The position numbers were made by a program, and so were the translations under genes. The notes under the pieces were generated by a model that saw only the letters and a program-made list of their open reading frames with translations, did no database searches and was not told where the DNA came from. DNA of 64,000 nucleotides from Balanoglossus misakiensis (lineage: Eukaryota > Animalia > Hemichordata), in the NCBI GenBank assembly GCA_040954595.2, contig CM082598.2:2697062-2761061 (forward strand), read 5' to 3'. Shown one piece after another: positions 1 to 12,986 of this stretch (positions are counted from its first letter, which is position 1; the number at the start of each line of letters is the position of its first letter).

Positions 1-794
1 GTCACTCTACCTTTGACCATATTTTTGGTTATTTGTTTGTTTCTTTTGATAGCATATTGTAGGACTATGACGTTCAGCTCTATTGCTTTGACAAGATTTC
101 AGTCTCAATTCATACCCTGCATATGGATGTAACACATGAAGATATTGATCGAACATCTATATGTGTTACATCCATACACATTCATCACAATAGCATTCAG
201 ATGTTATGCCCATATACAGAGTTTGAGTTGATCTTTAAATTCAACATTAATGTCTGCCTCTCAGGTTGTAAAAGAGCTGGCAGAATACTTTATTTTTGCT
301 GGGCAATTCACAGTGTCAGTTTTCAGAGTGCAGTTAACAGGGACTGACCAATGCTCACAATTCAACTCACACTCTATATATAACACATACATGAACACAT
401 CATAAAAAATATCAATCTATCTGGATATTTACATGAAGCCATACATTGTTGCCGTATTTCAATACGTCCCAAAATATGCAGTACATGTACAATTTTAGAA
501 ATCATTAAATGAATGTGAAAAGTTGCTGGTCCACATCATGGGTGGCAGTACTAATATTTGCCTGCAGCCACGTTAATGTGAATTTAGGAATAATAAGATA
601 TCAGTGTTTTCATGTGAACAATTTACTTGGAATAACAGTAATAAGAATATTTTTTTTCAATGACTAGTAACATGAGATTCATGATGATATTCATGTAGCT
701 TTGTTTGAATTCACCTGTAGCCTTGGCAACAGAATGAAACAGTTGTTGGAGCGAAGCCACCATATTTTGGAGTGAAGCTTAATAATTTCTCTAG

Positions 795-888
795 CGCAAG
801 ACTCGCTCAGTGCTGTCTGTTCAAGAATGGAGGGCGACCTCAAGCGAGAAGTCTTCCTGTTCAATAAGCAAGCAGAGTTGGAAACCAT
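795..888 (+). CDS. Possible internal coding exon of a gene entering from the left edge (xQDSLSAVCSRMEGDLKREVFLFNKQAELET)
   Basis: Acceptor ttaataatttctctAG (793-794) and donor GTAAGT at 889. The 94 nt between them are open in one frame and lie in a visibly CpG-poor, gene-body-like stretch. No homology recognised. Confidence 0.3.
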
Positions 889-1109
889 GTAAGTTTTGAA
901 TCAGTCACCAAAATGTTTGCAGCAACCGGCAACTGTAGTCAAAGTGCTGTTGGTTCCTGCAATCAACCATGCTAACTGTCAGTGTGCTAAATACCAGTGA
1001 AAATAACTCCTTTAGGCTTTTTTCGGTCATTTTGGTAGCTAACAGTACCAGCAACTGTGAAACCCCCTGTAAAGCTGTCATCAACACCCAGGTCATGATA
1101 ACTGATGAA

Positions 1110-1287
1110 TACAACCCTCTATCTGGCAAACCTGTCAAAACCGAACCCTGTCTAATCTGGAAACCTGTCTATACCGAACACCATTTTCAGTCCCCTTCAC
1201 ATAAAAGAACCTATATAAACCAGACACCTCTGCAAACCGAACAATATTATCAGTCCTTTGGTGTCTAGTTTAGACAGGTTTTACTGT
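1110..1287. mobile_element. Truncated Tc1/mariner/pogo-type MITE
   Basis: Ends in gacaggttttactgt, the reverse complement of an acagtaaaacctgtc-type terminus. Has internal subrepeats aaacctgtc/accgaac. The left TIR is not intact. Confidence 0.45.
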
Positions 1288-1894
1288 CCGTGTAATATCC
1301 TGCCAGAAATTCAAATCTGGTAATTTGAGATGACTTTTAATCATGCAGATGCTTTTAGGCATAAATTATGAAACAGATACATGTCAGTGATGCAGCTTTT
1401 CTGTTATATTTCAAGGAACATGTTAAGGAAATGTGAAATGTCAAAGTTGACCGACCAGTTGTGTTAATTGAAGAAGAAACAAAGAAGCACAAGGGTAATT
1501 ATTTACATTGAGCTAATTACTAGAATTAATTTATCAACTAATTTACTGAACATTGCTGTTTGTGTTATGTGTATATAGGCTGTGATGATAAACTAAATAC
1601 TAGGCCCCCTCTCCCTCTCTCTCCCTCCCTCTCACATATAGGAAACTTTATAGTTTCTTTTCTTTTCAAGATTGTTGTCCTATCACATGTATTCTCATCA
1701 CTTGCGTCATCTTTCGTTGCATGTACCTATATGAGATGGCATTTAATACCAGGATGATGAAACGACCATTTCTCGAATAAAAATGTCTTTAGGGAATCGG
1801 ATTTTGGAGGTACCCGTTTCCCAGTAATTCAGTTTGGAGGAAACGAGTTGAACGTCCCCCGTCACGGACTAATTCATATTGCTTTTTTTTTCAG

Positions 1895-2242
1895 TGACGT
1901 CAAAGATAACTGCTCAATTGTCAGAAGAAGTCAGAGTATGAACGTCTAGAAACAGATGCGTGCCTTGGATTCCCCATCACTGACAATACCACGCGCTTGT
2001 GACGTCAGGAGCAAAGATGCTACACCCAAACAAGAGTGGTCATGTGATTTCTGGCAGTGAATTGAGGAGTCAAGTCAAAGACGGGTGCCTTTGTTAAAGT
2101 CTGCATGGTGTCGAATTAATTGGAGTGCATGGTTGGAGCGCTGATGCAACGAACAGAGACGCTAACGTTATAAGTCAAGTGAGACAGACGGTCAGACAAC
2201 TCTAAAGGCGGTTTCAACGATCTGCTTTTTCAGAATGGTAAG
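1895..2242 (+). promoter_or_regulatory. Candidate promoter and short first exon ending ATG|GTAAG
   Basis: Two full CRE palindromes TGACGTCA (1895, 2000), TATAAG at 2169, and ATG at 2235-2237 directly followed by donor GTAAG. Confidence 0.35.
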
Positions 2243-3628
2243 AAGCTTTGTTGTTCAAGTGTGTGTGTATGTGTGTGCTTGGGTTTTGAGTGTGTGGAGA
2301 CACGCATCACTCAGCGGTTGCGTTTAAAGACAATTGAAAGAGGGTAAGCGTAAACATAGCGTGATGCAAATATAATTAGCGCGTAACAGGTGAATTAGTG
2401 AGCTTATGCGTTGACGGGCAAACACACCATATTTCTCACGGTACTCGCGCAACTCAGGCACGCGATGAAATGTCGACATTTGAGTTCTTCTAGCGCCATT
2501 CCCCAGTGACCCAGTTCCTAGCATATTTTCAAGAGTCTAGAGTATCTTTGGCATCTCCGACCACCGTGAATATATTGGCAAAGGGTTAAAGGTCACGACA
2601 GAGGTGGGCTTGAGAAGTTGATCCTCTGAACTCGCCTGACGATAAGCTTAGAATTGAGAGGAACTATCATCGGTGGAGACTACGATAAACGATGCCATCG
2701 CCGTTTCAAACTGACTTATCAATATTGAATTCATCATATTAAATTCATCATTCGAAACGTCTTGGAAGACACTCGTAACCATGGACACCGGAGATAATTA
2801 TCTCTGATGTGGGCAGTGATTTCAAAGCGTCCTACAATTTTCGCTTTCATCAAACAGTTGACATTTGAAACCGTTTTTCTTCGTGTGTATCATCAGTCAC
2901 GAATGCATATTTTCAATTTTCAAGGCTCTCTGTATTGAGCAGTTGAAGGTGAAAAGCACTCGCAAAGCAGAATCAGTCAACGTCATTCAAAATCCTAACA
3001 TAGAAAAAAAATCCTGTCCATAAAAATAATTTTTCAGTCATATGGATAGGAATCCTTACTAGGTATAAATTATTGTGACACTCAAATTTAGCTAAGAATT
3101 GAAATGTTTTGAGGACTATTATTTTGTTGAAAGTTTGTCCGCGATGTGCATATAAACTTACAATCATATTGATGACTGTACTGTTAATGCAAAATTTAAA
3201 CATCTTGAAGTTCGTGACATACTGTTGTTTCAGTTGTTGGTTAAGTCTGAGATGTTGCCGCCACTTCTTTAATATTTAAAACTGACAGGGTAAATTTAAG
3301 AATATATAAAGTAACAAGCCTAATCTAGGGATTAACCGATGTACATTTGTATCTAATCGTCACTTAATCCGCTACTACAAGTGGAAAACGCTTTCCAAGG
3401 TTCATGTTTGTGATGTGCGAGTCTCAGGTTTACAATCTAGCTCTGGGTGAAAGCTTACGATCAGACGCGATGCGCCAAATTACAACCTATACCTTCCGGC
3501 GCAGGTACATTTAACATCAGTTTCCACAGTTCGGCTCGCTTTTATTGTCAGAATGGGCGATAAAAGTCAAAAGAAACCGCAGCGGCCGACACTGTTACTT
3601 TTGAAAGGAAGCGTGTAGGCAGCGCGGG

Positions 3629-3642
3629 GTTGCCATGGTTAC
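3629..3642. promoter_or_regulatory. RFX X-box-like motif
   Basis: GTTGCCATGGTTAC is a near-perfect X-box palindrome in a CpG-rich context. Confidence 0.4.
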
Positions 3643-4546
3643 CGATGATGTCCATCTAATCTATGGACGGTTTCAGGGTGAAACCCAGATGCAATTTGTT
3701 CCCCATTACAGCCAAAAACGCAGCTGTTCCCACGGTACACCCGGAGTTCTTTGCCAACTGATGGGCAAATCGTACAAACACGTATATATTCAAGAGTCGA
3801 AACAAAGAGCCCACTTTGGAGACATGATTATTGCGTTAAGCTTGATATTAAATCGAACAACTGCGCCATTGAGAATTACCATACAAATAAACCCGCATTG
3901 TGAAGTTATTGTTGTTTCAAGACTCTACAAGCAAGCGTATTGACAGAAAATGGAAACTACAGATACAAACGCGAAATGGTTTACTAGTAGTTATAGGATA
4001 GCTATCTGGAGACCCCTATCTGTATGGGTAGATGGCTTATCGGGGAAAATTGTATATCGAAATTACTCTTTTTAGGCAACTGACAACTATGGAGTGATGT
4101 TTTCGATGGCCAATGGCATTCAGGTTTTACTTTTAAAAGAAAATCATTTCTCTACACAAAAAAACAGGTTGAACTTGGTAGTGACTGTGAAATAAATTCA
4201 GATGTCTCAATAAAGAAGCTGCCGACACCATAAAAACCCGTGCTTCCATAGCTAGAATACACCCACGCTGCTTTTGTCCTGTCCAAATCGTGTTTAATGC
4301 CACGGATTTGAGAATTCAGATTTGTCGGTTTAGCTTGTGGTGTGAATTCAGATGGTGCTCAGAAGCGATCAACAGTAACAATGCTTGCTGGCACCTTCTG
4401 GACATGATTGTTGTTGTACTGGTAAGCCCTGTATTCCAACAGGATCTTAGAAGATGGACAGGACTGTTTCTTGATAGACACACAAAATAAATGTCAAATG
4501 TTACAGTCGCTGTTCATTTAACACACAATAAAGAGCAAATCTCAAT

Positions 4547-4614
4547 GCCCATCTTTTGACAAGATTAATTTATGTCAGCCGCCCATCTTTTGACAAGATT
4601 AATTTATGTCAGCC
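4547..4614. repeat. Perfect 34 bp tandem duplication
   Basis: gcccatcttttgacaagattaatttatgtcagcc occurs twice in tandem. Confidence 0.9.
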
Positions 4615-5539
4615 ATCTACAGGGAACTCGCAACAAAGCCGACAATATAGGGTGATCAAGTCCATCTGTATTGTAGGTCCCTTGACACAACCTGTCAGAA
4701 GTATCCACATCACTTTGGAAAATTGCAAAAATATAGAGATAGATTTTGAAAGGATACTGACATAACAACATTGCTGAATGCCAAAATCGATGATGACATA
4801 AATAGCATGAGAAGCCACAAATGGAATGAATAAACTATGTCTAAACAAATTATTGTAAGGAAGCGACATACAAACACACCCCTTTTTTCTGTCAATTATT
4901 GATTCGTGGAGGTGTAGGCTATATACTGAAAAATGGGTTATTTTCGCTACAGGAAAATTTCGCGATATGCTTTTGTTGTTGTTGTTGTGTTGTGGGCATG
5001 AAACTAGGGTGATTTTTTATAAGACGTTATAGCGTCACAAATATCGATTGCAGGGCCCTAGCCCCCAGGGTACATGTAGCAGTTTTACATTTATAACTAA
5101 GTATGCTCAGTGGGACTGTTAAATAGATACTACTAGTATTACAAGCTTTTCACATTTAGAACTATACGTACATGTACTAGGAAATGGAAGTTTTGAAATT
5201 ATTCCCTTTGTGGGAATGCCGTTTATTATAAACACACTTTTCGAAATCATTTGGGAATAAGAAGCTGCATTCTGCCCCAAGGAGGCGGGAATTTTCCAGA
5301 AGAACTAAGTATGTCTTTTAATAGAAGCGATATGACAAAAAATTCATGTTTTCACTTAATCCCAAGGCCTCACGCGAATCTCACTTCAACCAATTTGTAT
5401 GACTGTGATCTATAATACTTTCTGCAGGCTTGTTCAACCTTTGGAAGTTTGTTATGACTAATAGCACTATATATTGCAGACCTGGAAACATAGGTTTCAT
5501 TTCAAGACTTGCAAGGATATATGTTTGATAACTCGCAAC

Positions 5540-7274
5540 TATGGGGTGCCATGTGTTAACTTATTATTTAGCTAAATTATTTGTTCAAAAGTCGTTATTT
5601 AACATACTTATATGTATGTAATTATAGATTTGCAAACCATTTAAGTCCTGACAATTTATTTATAAATAATTTCAAGTCGATTCAATTATATACATAAAAT
5701 GTATTTTATGCTCTTTTATTTATATATAATTAATTATTTATAAATAATAAAAATGTAAGTGTATTATATATATATCATGAGTGATGTACATAATTATTTA
5801 TATTTAATTAATTATTTATAAATAAATTTTTTTTAAGTGTATTATATACATATCATGAGTGATTTATAAATAATTTAAGTGCAAGTCTATTATATATATA
5901 TCATGAGTGATTTACATTATATAATGAATTATATATAAATAAGTGATTTCTAAACCATGAAAAAATGCACTCGCGCCGTTTGTCAACTTATTATTTAGCG
6001 CAAACTCATTATTTAACGCAAACTCATTATTTAAGGCCTGTTCACACAACCCCTTGCATTTGGATCATTACGCACACATATAGTCCCCACACGTGAACAA
6101 GAAATGCACATTACGTGCGGTCATTTCATTTTTATTGTACTCCTTTCAAAGGTTAGATGAAACACCGAAAAAGGTATCAACTAGTTAGTGATTTTAGCCC
6201 GTGATTGCAATGTTTGATTGAAACGCGAAAAGCTGATCGATAGCTCTACATCGTGGTCTCCGAGGTCAAAGGTTGGCCGGTCATGGCGATACCATTATTA
6301 AAATAGGGGCCAGTCATCAAAACGGTGGCGTATGATTTTTTTAGGTAAGTTTCCAAATTAAAACGTAAGTGAGCCAAAAAACTACAGGTCAGATAAATTG
6401 TTTTCTCGTTAATTCAACATTAGAATCAAATTTGGCGTTGGAAACAAACGGCGGGTCGCCAGTTCCTGGTCTGGAGGCTGGTAGAGTCACGTCTTGAAGA
6501 CTGGCCCCTATTTTAATAATGGCATTGTCATGACCGGCCAACCTTTGACCTCGGAGACCACAATGTAGAGCTATCGATCAGCTTTTCGCGTTTCAATCAA
6601 ACATTGCAATCACGGGCTAAAATCACTAACTAGTTGATACCTTTTTCGGTGTTTCATCTAACCTTTGAAAGGAGTATAATAAAAATGAAATGACCGCACG
6701 TAATGTGCATTTCTTGTTCACGTGTGGGGACTATATGTGTGCGTAATGATCCAAATGCAAGGGGTTGTGTGAACAGGCCTTAAATAATGAGTTTGCGTTA
6801 AATAATGAGTTTGCGCTAAATAATAAGTTGACAAACGGCGCGAGTGCATTTTTTCATGGTTTAGAAATCACTTATTTATATATAATTCATTATATAATGT
6901 AAATCACTCATGATATATATATAATAGACTTGCACTTAAATTATTTATAAATCACTCATGATATGTATATAATACACTTAAAAAAAATTTATTTATAAAT
7001 AATTAATTAAATATAAATAATTATGTACATCACTCATGATATATATATAATACACTTACATTTTTATTATTTATAAATAATTAATTATATATAAATAAAA
7101 GAGCATAAAATACATTTTATGTATATAATTGAATCGACTTGAAATTATTTATAAATAAATTGTCAGGACTTAAATGGTTTGCAAATCTATAATTACATAC
7201 ATATAAGTATGTTAAATAACGACTTTTGAACAAATAATTTAGCTAAATAATAAGTTAACACATGGCACCCCATA
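5540..7274. mobile_element. Non-autonomous foldback DNA transposon with ~785 bp TIRs, ~166 bp spacer and 6 bp TSD CGCAAC
   Basis: 5540-6323 is the near-exact reverse complement of 6490-7274 (termini TATGGGGTGCC...GGCACCCCATA). CGCAAC flanks both ends (5534-5539, 7275-7280). The arms contain AT-rich subrepeats. No ORF. Confidence 0.9.
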
Positions 7275-8298
7275 CGCAACACCCCAGTCTTTATTGAGCG
7301 ATGATTGATGGTATCGAATGTACGTTGACCCAATAGGTCCTTTCAAAGTATCATAGTTCCATACACTAAAAGTCGACGGAATGACTTGGTGGTGGTGTGA
7401 TATCTATAGGACACTTCAGAGGAGGTAGAGCTTAAAACGTCCATGTTCAAGAAATATTGTGCAGATTCTGTGTGCAGTCTTCCCGTTAGAAGGTCCTGTC
7501 TAGTTCAGACAGTCCTGCCCAGCTGCTGTTGTCACTAGTGGAGGCCGTGTTATAGTAACACCAGCAGAACGTTTCGGAGGTAAACGTTTTTATATTGGGA
7601 TCAAGACCAGTGTACTTCCAGGTTTAATGCTTGTCTATTAGAGAGAAGACTTTATCCTGCATTTAGCTCTGATGAGTTTAGGACTGCGTGTTAAGCTTTC
7701 GCTAATGTTGCTGTTCCTCGTGAGGGTGGTAGGCCTAATAGACGTCCGCCTGAAGTCAATCACGGTGTTCCTTGTTGATTGAACAAGGAGAGTGTTAGTA
7801 CAGTGAACACAATTAGCCCAGTCGTGACTATAATCTTACACCCAATCAACAGGGGATTGTGCAGAATCTGTTCGACAACCGCGCTGATCATCATCACTTG
7901 CCCTTTGATAGCCGAGGCCAAGAAACCTTTGGATTAGTATAAATGCGGCAACAGTGATTCTTGTATCCGGGTCGGATTACCGTCAACCCAGTAGAGTTCC
8001 AGAGAAAGACCGCCATTGCGTCAGAGCACAGAACACAGACAGCTGCCTATCTCGTTGACAGGGGAAAAATATTAGCTGTATCACCTGTGTTGTGTGGGTT
8101 TCCTTTGGGACCATACGAGGCAGGGCATCACGTGTAGAATATGGAAGACCACAGCTGCAATACTTGTCAACAGCGGAAAGATATACGACCACTGGACACT
8201 TATGCTCTATGATGTGAAGCGCACTCTTACTTGTGCACCACACGCATGCTATCGTGCACTTTATTTTGAAACCAGCCATGCATGCATATCCCATCCCT

Positions 8299-8487
8299 TT
8301 AAAGGGACAAAGTGTCTCTCTCGCGGCCCCTTTTCCATACAAGACACTGTTTATGTTTATGTACATGTGGATATATAGTGAATCAACGTTCGACCACGCA
8401 CAACTTCCATCCGGCTTGAAGACACTAGAGTGAAAAAGACTCGCCAAAATGAATAATCGTTCTCTACCATTTATTCATTTTGGGCAC
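8299..8487 (+). mobile_element. Dispersed TTAA-associated MITE fragment, family A (TTAAAGGGACAAAG terminus, Kolobok/piggyBac-like)
   Basis: Homologous to 17075-17288 (inverted) and 42604-42800. Contains the hairpin ccaaaatgaataa...ttattcattttgg. Confidence 0.7.
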
Positions 8488-9255
8488 CCATAAGCGCGAT
8501 TTAATGAGGGAACAGTAACTGAAGACACGTATAATCCTCGCTGCTTTATATAAATATTTAATATCTTACAAGTCAAGGGTTCATCGCTGTGTTACTTTCT
8601 ACCCGCAGGTGATTGCAATTCGGGGGTCGTGATTGAACACCGCAAACTGTTCTGTTTCCTGTTAAACTCCCACTGGAAGGCGTATGCGATACGCTGGTTA
8701 CATGACAAAATGTGCAAACAAACACGCCGCCTTCTGAAAAGGATGCCACACGACGGATAAAACGTTGCTGGCTGATATCCCCGGCGTGGTTCCTCTGAAA
8801 GCAAACGCTCAGGAAGAACTGCGAGCAGGAGAAAAGGTTACCGGAGAAGCAACGTGCTCATGCGCAACAAACTCGCGAAAGCTATCTGGATGATTAGTCT
8901 TGTTAGCGAGGCGCTGCCAGCAACGATACCCAGACTCGTGTTGCAGACAAAGACTGTGGGGAGATCACACTTTTCTTCATCTGCAATCTGCGATCACCCA
9001 AAGGGCTCGTGAACGCGGTATATGAGCTTGCAATTATACAGCGCATGTTTCTGGGTCGCGAGAAAACCGATCGGAACCGCTGAGCGGTAATTGTGCCTGT
9101 GTGCGGTTTCCACGGTTAAACCTTTTTTCATTTCCGTGGAACTTCAGCGAACCCGTCGCATCGGATTTTTTTATTCGCTGTTGACGAGGGATCATCACAG
9201 GCGCGTTGTGTTCCATTCATTTCCTGGAGCGGCATCCTGTGGCCCCCCGCGCGCG

Positions 9256-10785
9256 ATGGCGGCAGATGTGCCCTACGCCGCGCTGCAGCTCAGCGAGGAG
9301 GCGGCTTTCTACATGCGAGCGTATGAGTACCACTTTACGGGCCAGGAAGCGCTTCTGACGAGCGAAGGGGAGGCGGGCAGATACGATGGCCCTACAAAAG
9401 AGGAGGCCAGTGTCTCTTCGACGATGCCAGACGTATCGGTGGTAGAGACCACTCCAAAGGATGTCAGCGGAACTGCCGAATGCTCTTTGAAGCTTGACTC
9501 TGGTGATGCGGGCAGCACCAGATGGGAAGACACTACCTTGAGAATAAATGGGCGTGGCCAGGTAGATGCTTTGGTAGAACCTCACACATCTTCGATTCGG
9601 TCAAAAACAGACAGAGATCTCGATGCTATGGCGACTAGTGGGCGAGTGCAAACCACGGCTAACAGCACTGCAACGGAAATACCTAAAATCGGCGCTGGAC
9701 AAACGTACACACATGGATACTACAGTAAAGGGAGCAACAACAAAATGACAAGAAATCTGTCTGAGTTATCTCATTCGAGCGTCAAGAAATCGAGAAGGAA
9801 GAAGCACAACGAGAAAGCAGAGCGGATGACGAAACACGCTGCCATGGCAACAAGAGATACTGCGGAGTCTCTGGATCTAGAGCGAGAGAAAAATGAGAGC
9901 GCGGCTGAATATGTGGAACTGAAGATGCCTCCGCGACAGAAGAAGGCGTTGGCCAACAAGGTTTTTGAACGGGAGTTTAGAAATGACGGGGCTTTGGTGG
10001 TAATCGGCTCCCGGCAGCCTGCCTCCGTTTCCAAGGCGACAATTCAGCCCTTCGAACGGAAGTCTTCATCTCTAGCCGTGGTACACCCCTTTGCGCCGAA
10101 ATCTGGTGATGGAGATGAGAAATGGAGGAAGAAACAAGGTGTCGGTGATTCCATCGACTCGGCCGTGGCATCAAAACTAAGCCTTGTGTCCAGTCCCGGA
10201 AAAGGCGGTGGTCATCTAACTGTGTCCTCTGCTGAAGTTATCGAATCGCACAGGTTTCAGAGGAAAGAGAAACCAGGGGAAGGAAAATGTTCAAAGAAAT
10301 CTAAAATACGTACAATCAGGGAAAATAGTCAAAGCCCCCCAGAAAAGATGGAAGACGCGACCAAAAGTGGCGAGACGCCCAAAAATGGCGAAACGACCAA
10401 AAATGTCGACCTGCATGGAGACGTTCGTTTCCCACCAATCGGCGATCGACACTGTCGTGTGATCGGACAGGCTGCCACACCGACCGCAGAAAGGAGAGAA
10501 CCCCGCGGGAAAAGGGGTTGTCGAAAGAAACCTGACCCACTAAGAAGCCGAAGGCCTCCAATCATCATCCCGAGCGCGAACGATGCCGAGCGGGACGACA
10601 GAACCGGAGTAGTTGACCAAAAGAAGAGAACTTCGCAGAAACACAGGATGAAGAAAGTCAACCCAAGTTCAACAAGTCTGCTCCTACAACGAAAAGCACA
10701 CCTAGGCAACCACAATGACGGAAAAGTTGACATATCTGATGAAGTTGAAGAACAGATACAGCGTCCCTGGCCTTGGGATGCATAA
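9256..10785 (+). CDS. Uncharacterised 509 aa protein, K/E/S/R-rich and probably intrinsically disordered, single coding block
   Basis: 1.7 kb stop-free frame (9091-10785), far too long for chance in this AT-rich DNA. First ATG is at 9256 in good context (GCGATGG). GC content is elevated over the ORF. No recognisable domain. Confidence 0.75.
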   Translation: MAADVPYAALQLSEEAAFYMRAYEYHFTGQEALLTSEGEAGRYDGPTKEEASVSSTMPDVSVVETTPKDVSGTAECSLKLDSGDAGSTRWEDTTLRINGRGQVDALVEPHTSSIRSKTDRDLDAMATSGRVQTTANSTATEIPKIGAGQTYTHGYYSKGSNNKMTRNLSELSHSSVKKSRRKKHNEKAERMTKHAAMATRDTAESLDLEREKNESAAEYVELKMPPRQKKALANKVFEREFRNDGALVVIGSRQPASVSKATIQPFERKSSSLAVVHPFAPKSGDGDEKWRKKQGVGDSIDSAVASKLSLVSSPGKGGGHLTVSSAEVIESHRFQRKEKPGEGKCSKKSKIRTIRENSQSPPEKMEDATKSGETPKNGETTKNVDLHGDVRFPPIGDRHCRVIGQAATPTAERREPRGKRGCRKKPDPLRSRRPPIIIPSANDAERDDRTGVVDQKKRTSQKHRMKKVNPSSTSLLLQRKAHLGNHNDGKVDISDEVEEQIQRPWPWDA

Positions 10786-10852
10786 TCTTTATATATTCAT
10801 ATTCTGGGTCCCACCATTAGGGCGGCAGGCGCCAACCCCAATTACATTAATG

Positions 10853-10892
10853 TACATACATACATACAGACATACAGACATACATACAGACA
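10853..10892. repeat. (CATA)/(CAGA) microsatellite
   Basis: tacatacatacatacagacatacagaca... Confidence 0.85.
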
Positions 10893-12920
10893 CAATATAA
10901 TAACAAAATGAACCTTTCGTGTATTTTGACACTTCGAAATTTGTTGTGGTCACAGGGGACTTTATAAAGATGTCGTTGCCTTTTTGTCAATATTCTAAAC
11001 CCACAGAGTATATACGTGTCAGATCAGTTTTTTTTTACTAAAATGGAGGCGTGGATATCACAATAGAATTTCAGAATCAGTGACGGTTTCAGATAACTTT
11101 CCAGGAAAATCAATCAGAGAGATACAGCTCGGATGAAAACTAGTGTGTCTATTGAACAGACCTCCGGGGCATTTTTCAGCAAACCGCGAAGCATAATCAG
11201 AGCTAGAAAACGTACATTAGAGAACTTGGTCCACGAATGCCAGAGTGATAATGGCTAGTCGGTCCGAATTTAACACGCCAGTATTAAGTCTTTTTTGAGG
11301 ATGAAATTTCTCTTTACCGTTGGCGAAAACCTGGTGTGACTTTTTCCTAATCGTTTTTAAAATTTTCTGCACAGTGTAAACTGTCAATAATTTAACACAC
11401 TATCGAGATTTATGCTTGATATAACAAGTATTAGTAGCGACAGAGAAGTTTTTGTGGTGATATTTTCCTGCAGTTGATTTTAGTGTGTTCGGTACAAAAT
11501 ATAACTGTTGTCATAAATATTGTTAATCAGTTTTGAGTGTGCTTTATTATAAATTTAATCATTGCTTTGCAATTGAGACATCTTCTCTGTTGTACATGGG
11601 TTCGATTCCTGTACTGAGGTTCTTACCAAAAATCAAGGTTCTTACGATTTACAGCCTACAAAGTCAAAACTACGTATATTAGAGGTTCTAGCTTACAAAG
11701 TCATATTTTTAGTCGATGCGATGATAATTTCCCATAAGCAATTATCGTAATTTATCTCTCCGATATCATCACGTTTGTTTGGGAAATGCAGTATTTCATT
11801 AAAAACAGATAAATGTACTGAAAATGTAACCAGCAAAGTGTTCAACCGTGTTGACGTAAAGCGAAACAATAGCGACACCAATGTTAAGCTAAGTGTTCAA
11901 CCATTCATCCTGGGTAAAACTATCATTTCTGGATCAGCTGTACAATATTAGTGTTTGGTTGTATTGTTTATAACCATGACAACAGCGATATTGAGGACGA
12001 ATCTATTTCTTGACCTTTTCGATTTTGGATATACTGATCATTTTTATCGAGCGTTTCGTTTTACATTAGGAATTGAAAAAAACGTGTCTTATTGACTTGA
12101 AACGGTAATTAGTGTATCAAGGCTGGTAATGGATAGTGACAATATTGACAAGGCGTTCGTAGGGTCCTCTCATGTATCAGAATTCATCGTTGAGGAATTG
12201 ATCATTACCTCTTCTGATAATGGAAGCTTCCACAAAAATATACCCTGGTCAATTGCCGGAAGTCGACTCAGGGGGGAGATTTGTGAGAACCATGGTTGAT
12301 TAATTATTGTTGCGTTGTGGCTGTTCGTTGTGGAGGCGTGCATAATCCACTTCGGGTCTCACCAACATCCGATTTCAGGTGGATTCGGTTTGCAAGGCAT
12401 GTACGCCATCGACGTGTTGATTCGAGTATCTGCTCGCTCGTACAGGTGGGAGTGAATTTTCAGCCCTGGTCGGTGATTTCACGGCTGTTCTTGGTCAGTT
12501 ATCCGCTCCGGGCGTCGAGTTAAAAATCCAGCGACAGCAGCCTGTGTTCAGAGCTGAGACCTGTTGCATTGTGTTCGTAGATCTTGCTGTTTAACACGCT
12601 GTGCTGGATAAGTACACACCCATAAGTACCTGGGAACAAGAACCGAACCCACGCTCCAACGACAATAGTACGTGATGCGTGTCAGGATCCCTGTCTCTAT
12701 GACAACGCGCGAGACAACAACGGCATCAGGTCGGTTTTTCTTTCTTTGGTTAACGATACGCACAATCGCGTCTGTTAAACCTGATAGCGGTGTGGAAGGG
12801 ATGAACGAGCAGTCTGTCTCTGGTTAAAAACCGTGTCATCCTTTGGAATGCGGATTGTTTTACTTTCACTGAAGGACAGTGTGTTATTGTTCCTCACATT
12901 TATCCATCTGACTCTCTGAC

Positions 12921-12986
12921 TTCTCCCCTCTCTCTTTCTCCCTCAAACTCTCTCTCCCTTCCTCCCTACCTCCCCCCCCTCTCTCT
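12921..12986. repeat. Polypyrimidine (CT-rich) tract, GAGA-like on the minus strand
   Basis: Almost pure C/T run of about 65 nt. Confidence 0.7.

Noticed and set aside
7270-8260. CCAAT/TATA-containing segment and 154 aa minus-strand ORF (7983-8447), considered as a solo LTR or gene
   Set aside because: No TG...CA boundaries with a TSD could be fixed. The ORF has a non-ATG start, runs through a MITE and resembles no known protein.
11599-11609. GGTTCGATTCC Pol III B-box (tRNA or SINE)
   Set aside because: No A-box at the proper distance and no cloverleaf.
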